Assembly: GCA_032718475.1 (NCBI GenBank)
Contig: JAUCBJ010004695.1
Location: forward strand, 1-35,487
Reading direction: 5' to 3'
Source: Nemertoderma westbladi
Lineage: Eukaryota > Animalia > Xenacoelomorpha
DNA: 35,487 nucleotides
Positions 22,735 to 34,653 of the stretch are shown here, piece by piece. The first letter of the stretch is position 1. Every line of letters starts with the position of its first letter. The translations under genes were made by a program, and so were the position numbers. The notes under the pieces are model-generated. The model saw only the letters and a list, made by a program, of their open reading frames with translations, was not told the origin of the DNA and searched no databases.

Positions 22735-23706
22735 TCTCAGGCATTTTTTATAAATTAAGGCACATATTTCCCCTTGAAATTCTTCGCACACTCTACTTCT
22801 GTCTCGTACATCCGTATATTACATACTCTATATTAGCATGGGGTTCCACACATACAACGACAATACGCCCGCTTAGAATAAAAATTAATAAAATAATTCG
22901 CTGCATAACTTTTAGCCACTACCAAGCTTCCTCTATCCCTATTTAGAGATCATTAAATATTCTCCCCCTTGAATCTCTATTTAAATTTCACTTAGGCCAA
23001 CTACTTTTTGATGCTTTATCAAATACAAATCACCCTTTATCGACTCTATTTTCTAAATCATCTAAATTTCATCATTACAACACCCGATCGTCCGCCTCAG
23101 GTAAACTAGTAATTCCTCTAACTCATCTACATGTCGCTCACCAATCTATCTCCGTGTTAGGACCTTTATTTTGGAACAGTCTACCAAACAATATTATAAA
23201 TATAAAATCCGCAACAATATTTAAACAAACATTAAAAAACCACCTGAAAGACAATATGACTTAAATAATATTAATATATAAATAAATAATTATAGTACTA
23301 ATAATATAATAAAATAATACAATCATATTTAAAAAATAAATATTAATCTATTAATGGTATGAATGTTGCGATAAAATAGGAGTCTTAGGGGCCGCATGGT
23401 AGGATACTATACTTTTGGATACTATTTAAAATTGTCGAAATTAATTAAATACAATACGAATAATAATATAAATTCTGACAACCCGTGAGTACATATATTT
23501 TTACTAACCCCCCCCCCCCCAATTGGTTTAGCTGGAGGCCTTGACTAGCTCGGCTATTGCCACCAGCCATATAACCAGCCTGCACTTTTTTTTTAATATA
23601 CATCTATACATATATATATCAATATTTCTATATTATAAGTGCGGTAAATAAATTTATATAATATCTATCATGAAAAATATAATAATTGAATTGAATTGAA
23701 TTGAAA
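22735..23706 (+). mobile_element. 5'-truncated CR1/L2-group LINE 3' end with (TTGAA)n tail
   Basis: GIFYKLRHIFPLEILRTLYFCLVHPYITYSILAWG, then after a stop HHYNTRS and GPLFWNSLPNNI...FKQTLK. ttgaa tandem tail at ~23686-23705. Confidence 0.82.
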
Positions 23707-24130
23707 TCCAACGAATATCAAGTGGGTGTGGCCAACGACTTTGGCATAAATCATCCCAATGTTTCGCGAATTTTGGACAGTTTCCTGAATGTTTTTGTTC
23801 CAAAAGTGATGATTTCATCAAATTTCCAACCACAACCAGCAGTGCCTAAATATGCAATTATTTTTATACCATGGCTGGATTCCCACAAGTAATAGGTTGT
23901 ATAAATTATAGTACACATGTCAAAATACGTGCCCCGAGTTTGAATGAAAAGTGTGCGAAATTCGAGGGAAATTTACGAATGTTGTTGCCAAATGGCATAG
24001 TTCGACACATGATTCATTCATTTTGAAAAACGGTGAACTGTGGAATGCTTTCGAATCTCAATGATTGTCGGGTTTTGGATATGGAACATTTGGAAATGGA
24101 ACATATTTTGGATAACTCTGGCTATGCTAT
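23707..24130 (+). pseudogene. Decayed PIF/Harbinger (HARBI1-like) transposase
   Basis: Hand translation across frameshifts gives VANDFGINHPNVSRI, AGFPQVIGCINYSTHVKIRAP, FTNVVAKWHSSTHDSFIL and ILDNSGY, matching Harbinger motifs with degenerate catalytic positions. Confidence 0.8.
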
Positions 24131-24271
24131 ATGCCCTATATCGAACAAGTTTTTATTTTTTAATACCTGCTTTATTAAATAGAAGAAAATAACATTTTGA
24201 AGTCAACCGTTTTTGGTTTTGGTATATACTTACATTCTACAATCAAAATAATACAATAATACTTTTTGAAA

Positions 24272-24400
24272 CTACTACTACTACTAGGTCGAGCGAACTC
24301 GGACAGTGGAAATGAGATCCTTCCAGGCTTCCCGATTCTCCATAGTTGTCGCAATTTCGTTTCTCCTAATAGTTTCTCTCTTTTTGAAACGATGAGTAGA
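24272..24400 (-). mobile_element. Very short 3' end of a second RTE-like LINE with (TAG)n tail
   Basis: EIATTMENREAWKDLISTVRVRST* followed by TAG repeats on the minus strand. Confidence 0.65.
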
Positions 24401-26332
24401 AAATCGACTAAGTTGTCCCGGGTTTACCCCATTTAACGATCTGTAAGTGTAGTTGGGTCTGAGTTCACAAAGAGCGTGGGTCAAACCCTGGGTCACCAGG
24501 GAAGCCAGATTGTGAGCGGGAGAGGGATTCTGGAGTTGGAGGCTACTCTCATGTTCCACCCCGACCAACAAAGCCATTGGTGAATCTGAGGCAAGTCACT
24601 AGGCTAGCCTCAGTAAACACCCTAACACTCGGGTCACCAATGCGTCAAGGTGAGCTGACTACCTTGGCAGATAAGCTTTATCTTAGTGCAGTGGGTGTTC
24701 AAGAGCACCGAATGCAGACTGGACAAACTGATGAGGTTTTGATTAAGGACATGAGAGGCGGTTGGCGACTCGCCCTCGCGTCCGCAGATGATAGTGGCAA
24801 TGGTGGAATTTGTCTATTGATGAATCCAACTGCACATGCAGCATTGGACAAAATAGACCAAATCTCTAACCGCATCATCCGTTGCCACTTCTCATGTTCT
24901 GGAAGACTGGCTAAGAAGTTTCCTAAGGTGGTTCTGATTGTGTGCTACTCTCCAACTAGTGTTGCCCCTGTCGAGGAGGTGGAAAATTTCTACCACAATC
25001 TACAAGCAGCTACTGATGGAGTGGATCAGCATGCATTCTTAACATTCCTGTGAGACTTTAATGCAAGTCTGCATCAATCACCTACATCGCCCTGGGTCTA
25101 TAGCAATAGTGTTAACCGAAATTTCGTCCATCTTCAAGATTTTATCTCTAGAAATGGATTGTTTTCGGCTGGAACCCAGTTCAAGAAGCGAACTGGAAAG
25201 CTATGGACTCATAGTGGACCCAGTGGTCACAAGTCCCAGATAGACCATATTCTGTTTCGTAGGAAATACAGGAGTTCTATACAAGACTGTAATGCATTTA
25301 CACTTTGACCCTTCGCCAGTGATCGCCGCATTATTGTGGCCAAGGTAAGACTTAGTCAGCGTGCTAGCAGAACAACGAAATCTGCCTTGCCGCGGCATGA
25401 CTGGTCCTCTCTGTTGCAATAGCCAAGTGTGAGATCCAGCTTCACACTACAGCTGAGCAACAGGTATGAGGTTCTTGCCTCTGAGGCGGCAGATCACTGT
25501 GAGGGCTATACTGCCTTCACAGAAGCAGTTAAGTTAGCAGCGCTGCAGAAACAGTTCCTGTATACCCTCGAAACAGGAAAAGGGCCCCCTGGACTGACAA
25601 CAAAATTCAGAAGTGCCGAAATGACCTCTATAAGGCGCAGAAAGAGTCCCGACTCAAACAGACTACAGCGGCCAAGAATGCAGATAAGAGACTTTATACT
25701 TAACTATATATAACTTTATAACTTTATAGAAGTAAGTGTCCCTCATATCCCAGATATTCCCTTGGCGATATCTCCTTTGCAGAAGTGCAGGCGCAGGCTG
25801 CTGCAAAGAGCATTAAGACCAATCGTGCCAGTGGAGTAGATGGTGTTCCCCCTGAGGTCTTTAAAATACCTGAGTGTTTAAAGCTCATCTATCCCATCAT
25901 AGTAGACATGTACCGAACAACAAGAGTCCCACAAGAAATAAAAACAAATAAGCTGGTGCCAGTTCCCAAGAAGGGCAACCTAACACTCTATGGTTCTTTT
26001 CGGGGAATCTCATTGATCTCGATTGCTGCAAAGCTATACAATAAAATTCTATTAAAACGGATTAGGGATCCCATTGAGAGACTGCACCGTGGAAATCAGA
26101 ATGGGTTCCGTAAAGGTCGTGGGAACATGGAGTGGATGGAGTGAATAAGCATGGTGGACAGCCCATGACTTTCTTGAGACGCATCTTAAAGCAGGACACT
26201 GGCCTTGAAGATGCGGATGATCTAGCAAATGTCATGGGTGATAGGGAGTTGTGGCGGCGCAATTTTGTCGACAAGCCGGCACAGCATTCTTAAAAATGCA
26301 GCTGCAATGCAGCATGCCGATCCTAGCAGTAG
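24400..26332 (+). mobile_element. Internally deleted RTE-like LINE (5' UTR, APE endonuclease, start of RT, 3' end)
   Basis: APE motifs ASVNTLTL, VGVQEHR, VCYSPT, DFNA, SQIDHIL. RT motifs ASGVDGVPPEVFK, PVPKKGNL, FRGISL, NQNGFRKGR. Stops and frameshifts are present, and the sequence jumps to the C-terminus at ~26135. Confidence 0.9.
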
Positions 26333-27085
26333 ACATAAGAGCTGAATCGAACTAAAACAATAAACAAAAAAAAATCAGTTTTTGTATAAGCAATAATAAG
26401 GGGTAATTAAAAAAATTCAAATTCTTCATAGATAAAGGTTCAATAAAATTTCGAAGTTAAAAGTGAAAACCTGGTACTGTTCACATGATGAGGGAGATTT
26501 AACAGTTTTAGTCGTAGATATTGGGTGAAAGGGGTAAATGATATTATATTTAAAAATATATGATTTTTGGTTAAACAGTGGGCTAAGAACTGCATATAAT
26601 ATTATAGACATATCGATAATAACCACTTGTGTCTATTAAATGTTATTTTATTAGGAAGTAGGCTAAGATAACGCGCAATTAAGCGACAACCCCAGTAAAT
26701 AGAAATACTAAAAACTAAATTAGTAAATAACCAACAACACGAACAATTAACTAAACGATAATTAAATTAATTATAACCAATAAATTCCACACAAAACCGA
26801 AACCAAAACAATAAATTCACTGCACTTCACTGCTTCAAAAATTATAACTAAAATGATTAACTGTAGAATATAATAATTAATAGCACGTAATAACTCAAAT
26901 TGGATACCAATAGATTAAAATGTTTTTATATAATTGCCCAATAACGGATGAAACAATGAAACAACATAATTTATTATAAACCTTAATTCACAAACAACAT
27001 TTCGTAGGATAATTTAGGATAATAATAATAATTATCTAATGATATTTTTTTAATTAAACTGAAAATTAAAATTCCAAACAAGATA

Positions 27086-27549
27086 TCGGCCCTGTCATAT
27101 CATAAGGGCCTAAGTAAAAAAACACATTTTTCATGAAACGACTTTTTAGTTTCTAATTTTGTTTTAGCGCAAAAATTATTAATTACCATGGAGTTAATTA
27201 TGTAATATGTATGAATTTAAAACTTTTCCATGGGTTAGTTTTTAATAAAAATTTAAATAATTGATTATGTCTTAAGGTTTTTGTGATTTAGGCCCTTATG
27301 ATTAATAAACATTTGAGAGATGAGATTTTTCAAGACGGCTTCCCTACTTTGTATCTTAGGTTTGGGGAGTAGCCCACCGAGTGCCGTATTGATTGAGTCT
27401 TGTTGAATCATATTATGGACGCACTTTTTCTCAAGCATTCGGGTACATTGGGGCTCTGGGAGAGACTCCGACGTAAATAGAACCTACTGTATCAATAATC
27501 CTATCTTCGCAATTAAGTGAATTAGACCCTTATGATATGACAGCATCGA
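27086..27549. mobile_element. MITE of about 460 bp
   Basis: ctgtcatatcataaggg (27092-27108) and cccttatgatatgacag (27527-27543) form a perfect 17-bp inverted repeat with imperfect extensions. TSD not clear. Confidence 0.75.
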
Positions 27550-28714
27550 AATATAATTAAAAAAAATGTACATTTCAAAAGTTTTTTTTAATATTCCTCG
27601 GGAAATAGAACATAACGCGGCTGACATAATTAATTATCGCGATAAAAGTTATACACAATTTATATACCGAACACAAATCCATAATAGAGACGATAATATA
27701 TATTATTATATATGAGAACGAAATATAGTTGGTGTGTTAAAAAAAATCAAGATAATAGAATATAAGGTAGTAAAAATCTCGTCATTAATTATTAGAAAAC
27801 TTAATACTTAATCAATTAACAGCCAAAACAAACTTAAATCACAAATGAAGATGTAGCTGCATTCTTTCCATGCGAAAATAACGAAATTGTGAATAACACT
27901 TTATATTACGCCATGCCCATAAAGCAGAAAGTTGTAAAGTAACGATTATATTTATTTAATAACTAATACTAAACCTATATAGATTGTTTAAACATTTCAC
28001 CGTGGTTAATCACTGTATATAATAATATTATTGTGAAACACGAATTAGGGACGATTTAATTGGCCCATTTATTGCGATTTAAGGTGCAGATCGCATATTA
28101 CTGGTGCCAAAATCTATGTAAAAAAAGATGAGAATCTATAACAATAATTGGGATTTCAATGTGCCACAATATTAATATTTACAAACACCGGAGGAGATGA
28201 ACCCCTAGCAGACTATACTTACTTACATACCAAACGATTATTATAAATGCCCGTCCCGTAATCAACTAAAGACAAATACAAACACAACCATCACCTTCAA
28301 TAAACCCGATTATAATAACCAGTGAAAAACAAACAACGAAAAAAAGTAGAAAATACAAGTTGTTAGTCGAAAATATCAGATAAAGAAAGAAAACCGGAAG
28401 CGGGAAATATTCTATCTATAATATTTCATCTCTTTTAATCTACTTGAGTTAAATTTTTACTTTTTCATCCGATTAAATGTCATTATTTTATTGTTAATTA
28501 ATTGACTGAGAATCTCGTCAATTATATACAATAAGTGATTATAAAGGCATCGAATTAATTATACGCCCTGATGCTGATGATATAATATTTAATTTTCAAA
28601 CAAATCCTTCAAATTACTTATTAAAGTAAAACTTAATAAGCGAATTAGTTTAACGAAACGGCTGTTACCTCGTAAATACGTTATCTTATAAAAAAAAAAA
28701 GCGTAAACTAAGAA

Positions 28715-30253
28715 TCAGAGGTCCGCGGCTCTTACAGAGAGGTTTAATGGTATCTCGTTGATTCGGTTGACGACTGGAAGACGTTTAGGGCTGGCGGTCC
28801 AGGTGTCGGGACTCCCGGGCCGCTTCAACGGGCTCGTATCGTACGCGGAGTCGCAGCTGGAAGCCGCGGCCGCGTTCAACTGGTCCACGAGGTACCACTC
28901 GATAGAGTCCTGATCCCCCGAGTTATTCAACGCGACGGCGGCGGCGGGCGGTACCGACTCAGTCGACGCGTTGGAATCCTCCGAGGGTTCGCGTTTAGCG
29001 TCGACGCTATTTGCGAGATCCAATAAGGCGTCGGCACCTTCAGCGTCGAGCAACATCTCCGCGAGTCGCGACAACTCCAGGAAGGTTTTATTCCGACGGG
29101 GAATCTTCCGTTCCGCCTTCTTTCTTCTCCGACGAACTGGAGTCGCATCTCCTCTACCCGGTTTACTTCGCCTCGGTATTTTCGCGATTTTCTTCTTAGG
29201 TTTACTTTTTCGCATCTCGAAGAATCCGCTGTCCAACAGTTTATCTTCTTCAGTCTCGCTGTACGCGTCGGTGGAGTCGAGATAATCGTTGTTCGCGCGG
29301 GAGAGATACAGTTCCTCGTCGTCCGAGGAGAATTCCGGGCAGGAGAGACAGCCGTCGGTGGCGGAGTAGGGGTGGTCCGCGGAGGGCGGCGCGCAGCCGG
29401 GGCCGCGCTTCCGCTTCCGGCACCGCCGGCGGTCCAACTTGGGGAAATCCTCCGGCTCGGCGGAGGAGCAGTAGGATGGAACCGGGGAGGAGCGACTCAG
29501 TTCGAGGATCCCCTCAACGGCGGCGGCTTCCGGGGGGGAACAACCAGCGGATGGACGGGATTCCGAGAGAGCCGGCGACCCGTTGAAGATGATATCGTAG
29601 AACTGAGGGATTATGGGGTTTCTCCTGAGGATGTTGAGCAGCTGGATGCGGTAGGAAGGGTGCACGCACCAGTAGGAGCCTTTACAGGAGGCCTCATCTA
29701 GGCCGATAATCTTTGTGAAGCATTTATTGAGGCTGAGGTTGTGTCGTATGCTGTTCTTCCAGCCAGTAGGAGCATCTTTGAAGTAGGGGAAATGAGTCTG
29801 AATCCACCGGTAAATCTCTTTTACCGGTAAACACTTCCGCGATGTTGCCGTTTCTAAGGCCATGAATATAAGCGAACTAAAAGAATAAGGAGGTTTACAA
29901 GTTGGATCGTAGTTGGTGAGTACGGGTACCTTCTCTACCTCCAGTACGGGGTTGTTGGTTATCGCTTTCAGCAGGTTAATGTTCTGCAACCAGGCTAGAT
30001 TCGTCAACTCGTCGTCCTTCCCACCCGGTTTGCTACGTTTTGCTTGTTTCCCCATCTGTCGTTTAGACGGGACTGCGGGGATGGGAGAATTAATAGAGTT
30101 TGTGTTGTTCGTTACAGCCGGAATGGGTTGCGAGGGGAACTTTAATTCCAAATTCTTGAAATTCAATGAAGGCGTTTCGAACGATATGAGATTTGTGCAA
30201 ATTTGGTCGACAGTTGCGATGGAGAAGTTATCAATATTTTCCTGATCCTCCAT
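28715..30253 (-). CDS. FoxN2/3: Forkhead transcription factor FoxN2/3 (CHES-1-like), 512 aa, uninterrupted ORF
   Basis: ELTNLAWL pre-domain motif; KPPYSFSSLIFMALE...LPVKEIY...FPYFKDAPTGWKNSIRHNLSLNKCF...KGSYWC forkhead domain; DHPYS and ADALLDLA C-terminal motifs. Confidence 0.93.
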   Translation of the reverse strand: MEDQENIDNFSIATVDQICTNLISFETPSLNFKNLELKFPSQPIPAVTNNTNSINSPIPAVPSKRQMGKQAKRSKPGGKDDELTNLAWLQNINLLKAITNNPVLEVEKVPVLTNYDPTCKPPYSFSSLIFMALETATSRKCLPVKEIYRWIQTHFPYFKDAPTGWKNSIRHNLSLNKCFTKIIGLDEASCKGSYWCVHPSYRIQLLNILRRNPIIPQFYDIIFNGSPALSESRPSAGCSPPEAAAVEGILELSRSSPVPSYCSSAEPEDFPKLDRRRCRKRKRGPGCAPPSADHPYSATDGCLSCPEFSSDDEELYLSRANNDYLDSTDAYSETEEDKLLDSGFFEMRKSKPKKKIAKIPRRSKPGRGDATPVRRRRKKAERKIPRRNKTFLELSRLAEMLLDAEGADALLDLANSVDAKREPSEDSNASTESVPPAAAVALNNSGDQDSIEWYLVDQLNAAAASSCDSAYDTSPLKRPGSPDTWTASPKRLPVVNRINEIPLNLSVRAADL

Positions 30254-30356
30254 TGAGAAGGTATATACCGTATCGAAACAATAGCCAAAAGGTTAAATCA
30301 GTAAATAAGTTGCCTGTAATGTAAATTATTAGTTAATAATTAGGTACCGGTAGCTA

Positions 30357-32693
30357 CCGTGAACGCGGGTGACTTGGATATGGAGGGTGACTTGGAGATA
30401 TGCGTGTAACTTGGATAGTTTTTCAGTTTGTGTCTGGGTGTACCTATATAGTTATATTATATATATATATGTATTTATTAAAAGTAGTTAATAAATTTAG
30501 TGGCGTTCTCCTGTGTCTGGCTGCAGCAGTACGGTACAGAACCAGTACCTGCCTGCCTATTATGGTACCGGTACTGCCACTTAATTGTAGGGCCTAGTCT
30601 TTATTACATTACAATTTTAGGCTATTTACAATTTTGTGTAATTACACCTTGCTATTTTGCCTTTATGAAGTTAAACTTTACCTATAATAACATTACTTCG
30701 AGCACCTATTCTCTTTCTATACCCATACCGTGTAACAGCACAATGCCTAATGTATATAAAAGGAGACCAGGATCACAACCATATAAAACTGAATATTCCG
30801 ATGACCAAATGACAAAAGCAATTGAGGAATCACGGAACGGAAAGGCTATATTAACAGCATCTAACGAGAACAATGTTCCATATGGAACATTATGGCGTAG
30901 GCTACATGGTATGCAGAACAAGAAATTCGGGGGTCAAACCATCCTTAGTATCGAAGAAGAGAACAAGATAGTAAATGTAATAAATACATTGACAGAATGG
31001 AAAGTTCCTCTACAAGGAGTTGATATTTATTGTTTAGTGAAAGAGTATCTGGACTCTAATGGAGTTACCAGTAAGTTTCCTAACAACAAACCTGGAAAAG
31101 ACTGGTTGAACAATTTCAAAAAACGCCATAATTTGACATCCAGACTTGCGCTAAACGTGAAACCTAGTCGAGCGGAAGTGAATGAAGCCTCAGTTAAAGA
31201 ATATTTCGAGAATATTAAACCTGTACTTGAGGGAGTCCCCGCAACAAATATCTTCAATTTCGACGAGACCAACATCAAAGATGATCCCGGAGAAAAACAT
31301 GTTATCTGCTCCAGGGGCCTTAAAAGAGTGGAACGAAAGGTTTCTCACTCTAAATCATCTACTAGCTTGATGTTTTGCGGTTCAGCTGCAGGAGTTTATT
31401 GTCCCCCCATGATTGTGTACAAGGCGGAAAACATGTATCTTGAATGGAAAAAGGGAGGACCTCCAAGTACAGTATATGATGTGACGAAATCCGGTTGGTT
31501 CAATAATCCAACATTCTCAATCTGGTTCTATAATGTGTTCTTACCAGCCACGAGTCAGCTAGTTGGCCGCCGGGTTCTAATTGGGGATAATTTGGCGTCT
31601 CATTTCCATCCTGATGTGATAGCAACATGTGCTGAGAAAGACATTCTATTCATTCCGCTTCTGCCAAATGCAACACACTTATTGCAGCCCCTTGATGTAT
31701 CCGTATTCCGAGGTCTCAAGCGTGAATGGCGGAAAATACTAGAAATGTGGCGCCGTGACACAAGATGGAGTAAGGGTATACCAAAAAATCAATTCCCAGG
31801 AATGATCTCTAGGTTGTGGGGAAAACTCTCCAGTGCAAATCTGGAATCGGGATTCAGGGCAAGCGGAATATACCCTTTCAATCCAGATAAAGTATTATCA
31901 AGATTACCTCGTGTTATTCCCAGTGAAGAAGAACAAGTAAGGGTTCTTAATAGTTCGACTATTGATGTTCTCAGGACATCCCTGTATGGTGACTCACAGG
32001 TTGCTGGCACTGTAACCACAAGGAGAGGAAAGAAAGTCACAAAACAGAATATCCAACCTGGCAGACCTGTTGTGTTGAATAGTGATAGGGTGGCTATAAG
32101 TAGTGTTCTAGAGACCGCCACTACAGCTAGTGTTGACAGACAATTGGTCAGTGAACTACAGTCCTCAGGATCTGCTGTTCATAAAGAACAAACCTCAGGA
32201 TCTACTATTGGTAAACAACAAAGCTCCAGATACACTGTTGGTAAACAACAAACCTCAGGATCAAAACGCCAACATTCTGATACAGATACTGATTCAGATT
32301 TGGACATGGATTCTGATTGTGATACTGATACCAGTAAGAATTCTGATTCAGATTCCGATACGGAATATGAGTATGGAAACTATGATTCTGATACGGAATA
32401 TGCCACTGACTCCACATAGGTGTATTATGGTAATTGTAGTTGTTTTTAGTTTCGTTTCTTGTTGTTTTTACAATGATGTATGATACCACTGACTCCACAT
32501 ATTAGTATCTACATACATCATAATAATACACTGAGTACACTCTAATATTAGGCCTATACCCCTTGCAATATCTATGTGCTAATTATTGTTTTTTGTTATG
32601 GTAATTGTAGCCTAGTTGTTTATAGTTTCGTTTTCTAGTTGTTTTTACCATTGGTACTGGTACCAGGTACACTGTAATTACAATGTATATATT

Positions 32694-32728
<35 letters not shown>

Positions 32729-33351
32729 CTGGCCTTGTAATATGCAAATATTGTTTTATTGTTTTTACAATGATGCTACTGATTCTACATATTGGTATTA
32801 ATTATAGGTATATGTTATAACATCGATATGAATAAATATATATCATAATATAAACATATACCGGTATTTACATATATACCAATCTACCAACATAACATTA
32901 CCTACACTACACCTACACTGTTTAGCCTCATTTGTACCAGTAGGCCTATGTATTATTTACGTTGAATATCTCTATGCAAATTATTGTTTTTTGGTTATTT
33001 GTAGTTGTTTAGAAAGGCCTTTTTAAAAGCCAAGTTTTTACAAGCTTGGCTTGTAGAATTTTTTTTAAAACTTCAGAGACTATCCAAGACACCCTCTACT
33101 ATGTGTGGAATGGATCAAAATATCAAATTTCCAAGTTATCCAAGTCACCCTCATGGAGTGTGACTTGGATACCAATTTTTGTTTTAAAAAAAATGCCACA
33201 ACCCCTTATAATGAGGGGTTGGGCATTTTACATGTCTAAGACAGATAGTGTGTTGTTACAATCAGCATATAAAATTTGAGGTGCGACGTCGTGGCTGATC
33301 TGTGGGACCGATTTTATGGTCAAAACCTGTCCAAGTCACCCGCGTTCACGG
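30357..33351 (+). mobile_element. Full-length pogo-superfamily DNA transposon (2995 bp)
   Basis: Perfect 22-bp TIRs ccgtgaacgcgggtgacttgga (30357-30378) and tccaagtcacccgcgttcacgg (33330-33351). TA at 30355-30356 and 33352-33353. Subterminal gt(g/a)acttgga repeats at both ends. Confidence 0.95.
30743..32419 (+). CDS. pogo-like DD35D transposase (HTH_psq-like, CENP-B-type HTH, DDE_1), 558 aa
   Basis: MPNVYKRR start, VPYGTLWRR, GKDWLNNFKKRH, NFDET, LIGDNLASH, QPLDVSVF. 35 residues counted between the second and third Asp. Acidic low-complexity tail. Confidence 0.92.
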   Translation: MPNVYKRRPGSQPYKTEYSDDQMTKAIEESRNGKAILTASNENNVPYGTLWRRLHGMQNKKFGGQTILSIEEENKIVNVINTLTEWKVPLQGVDIYCLVKEYLDSNGVTSKFPNNKPGKDWLNNFKKRHNLTSRLALNVKPSRAEVNEASVKEYFENIKPVLEGVPATNIFNFDETNIKDDPGEKHVICSRGLKRVERKVSHSKSSTSLMFCGSAAGVYCPPMIVYKAENMYLEWKKGGPPSTVYDVTKSGWFNNPTFSIWFYNVFLPATSQLVGRRVLIGDNLASHFHPDVIATCAEKDILFIPLLPNATHLLQPLDVSVFRGLKREWRKILEMWRRDTRWSKGIPKNQFPGMISRLWGKLSSANLESGFRASGIYPFNPDKVLSRLPRVIPSEEEQVRVLNSSTIDVLRTSLYGDSQVAGTVTTRRGKKVTKQNIQPGRPVVLNSDRVAISSVLETATTASVDRQLVSELQSSGSAVHKEQTSGSTIGKQQSSRYTVGKQQTSGSKRQHSDTDTDSDLDMDSDCDTDTSKNSDSDSDTEYEYGNYDSDTEYATDST

Positions 33352-34124
33352 TAGCAAAGGCCAAATGGTGTGAATTTGTAATTAGTTTGTTTTGTATAGG
33401 CCTAGGGGCCTAAACCGTCAGGGTCTACAATATTGTACCTTTACAGCTTTAATTAATATAGTGCGTGATACTAAACTCAAAACTGCTACTACCGTAGTGT
33501 GATATATATTGATATATTTCTAGATTATTGAATATGGCTTAGGATATACCAGTATACTTCAGTACTTATGACTTATTGAAAGTTATAGTCTGATCACGAA
33601 TCTGCCAATAATGTAGCATTTAGGCGATTGCATTACAAATATTCATAAAAACATGAGAAATAATTCAATTATAATTATCTGATTATTCACTACGGTACCG
33701 GTAGTACCGTACAGCAGTACAGCCGTAGGCATAGGGACTACAGTACAAGCATAGGCCCAATACAAAATAAAATAAGAGTACCGGTAGGCCTTATAAAATT
33801 ATTGTACAAATTATATACAGAATTAATCATAATGGGAATATTTGAAAACGTACCCGTAAGAAGTAATTATTAACAGAAAACTGAAATAAAATAAATAAAG
33901 TTACATTATTTCTATTTGACTGACATAGGCCTATCTAAAAACTAGGCCTCGATCGGAGTTGGGATTTGGCCGGTAGAGTGTTTCATAAAAATTTTTTTTT
34001 TGAAATTACACTTCAACTGTACATTTTTATCCGGGTAGAGCCAAAAAAACAATGTAGGCAAAAAATTGGCTCATGACAGTGACTTTTAGGGGTCGCCCAT
34101 CCAGGATCTTGAAATTAAAGATTT

Positions 34125-34440
34125 GCGATATATGGACTGAGCGCATAGTTTCCGCGGTTTTCAATATATTGTTATGAGTTAAATATATTTATGTGCGACA
34201 TATTGGTTTCAAATGTCTAATTAATGGGGATCATTTTGAATGGTCACAAGCCATGGTTTGGATCAGTGGAGTGCCAAAATGTCTATAGCCTAATGGCATA
34301 TTAGCGCTATATGTAATGACCGCGTAGTTTTCGCGGTGTTGAATATATTGTTATAAGTAAAATATATATGTGTACCACATATCTTTTTGAAATGCCAGTT
34401 TCATGAGGATTAATTTTAATGGTTCCAAGTCATCGTTTAG
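34125..34440. repeat. Two diverged direct copies of a ~180-bp unit
   Basis: gcgcatagtttccgcggttttcaatatattgttatgag (~34141) versus cgcgtagttttcgcggtgttgaatatattgttataag (~34321). Confidence 0.7.
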
Positions 34441-34653
34441 AGGCAAAACATAAAAGGAATAGAAGAAGCTCAACAGCCCGTTTGATGGGTAACTTTACTT
34501 TTAATCAACATATCATATTCATTCATTTTAAAGTTGAAAAATATTTTGATATCTAATATATATATATATTTAGGCCTAAGCCATATTTTGCTCAATAACA
34601 CAAGAACAGTACTGGTAATAGTTTTCTAGAAAATTAGGCTAATCCATCTCTAG

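Noticed and set aside
24400-24577. HDV-like ribozyme in the RTE 5' UTR
   Set aside because: Some RTE elements carry one, but I could only see a small hairpin (ccctgg-gtca-ccaggg), not the nested pseudoknot.
28927-30245. Short alternative-frame and antisense ORFs over FoxN (likewise over the sirtuin and the transposase)
   Set aside because: Shadows of the real coding sequences.
30500-30742. N-terminal 81 codons of the 639-aa ORF
   Set aside because: GTG start and non-protein-like composition; the transposase motif begins at the ATG at 30743.
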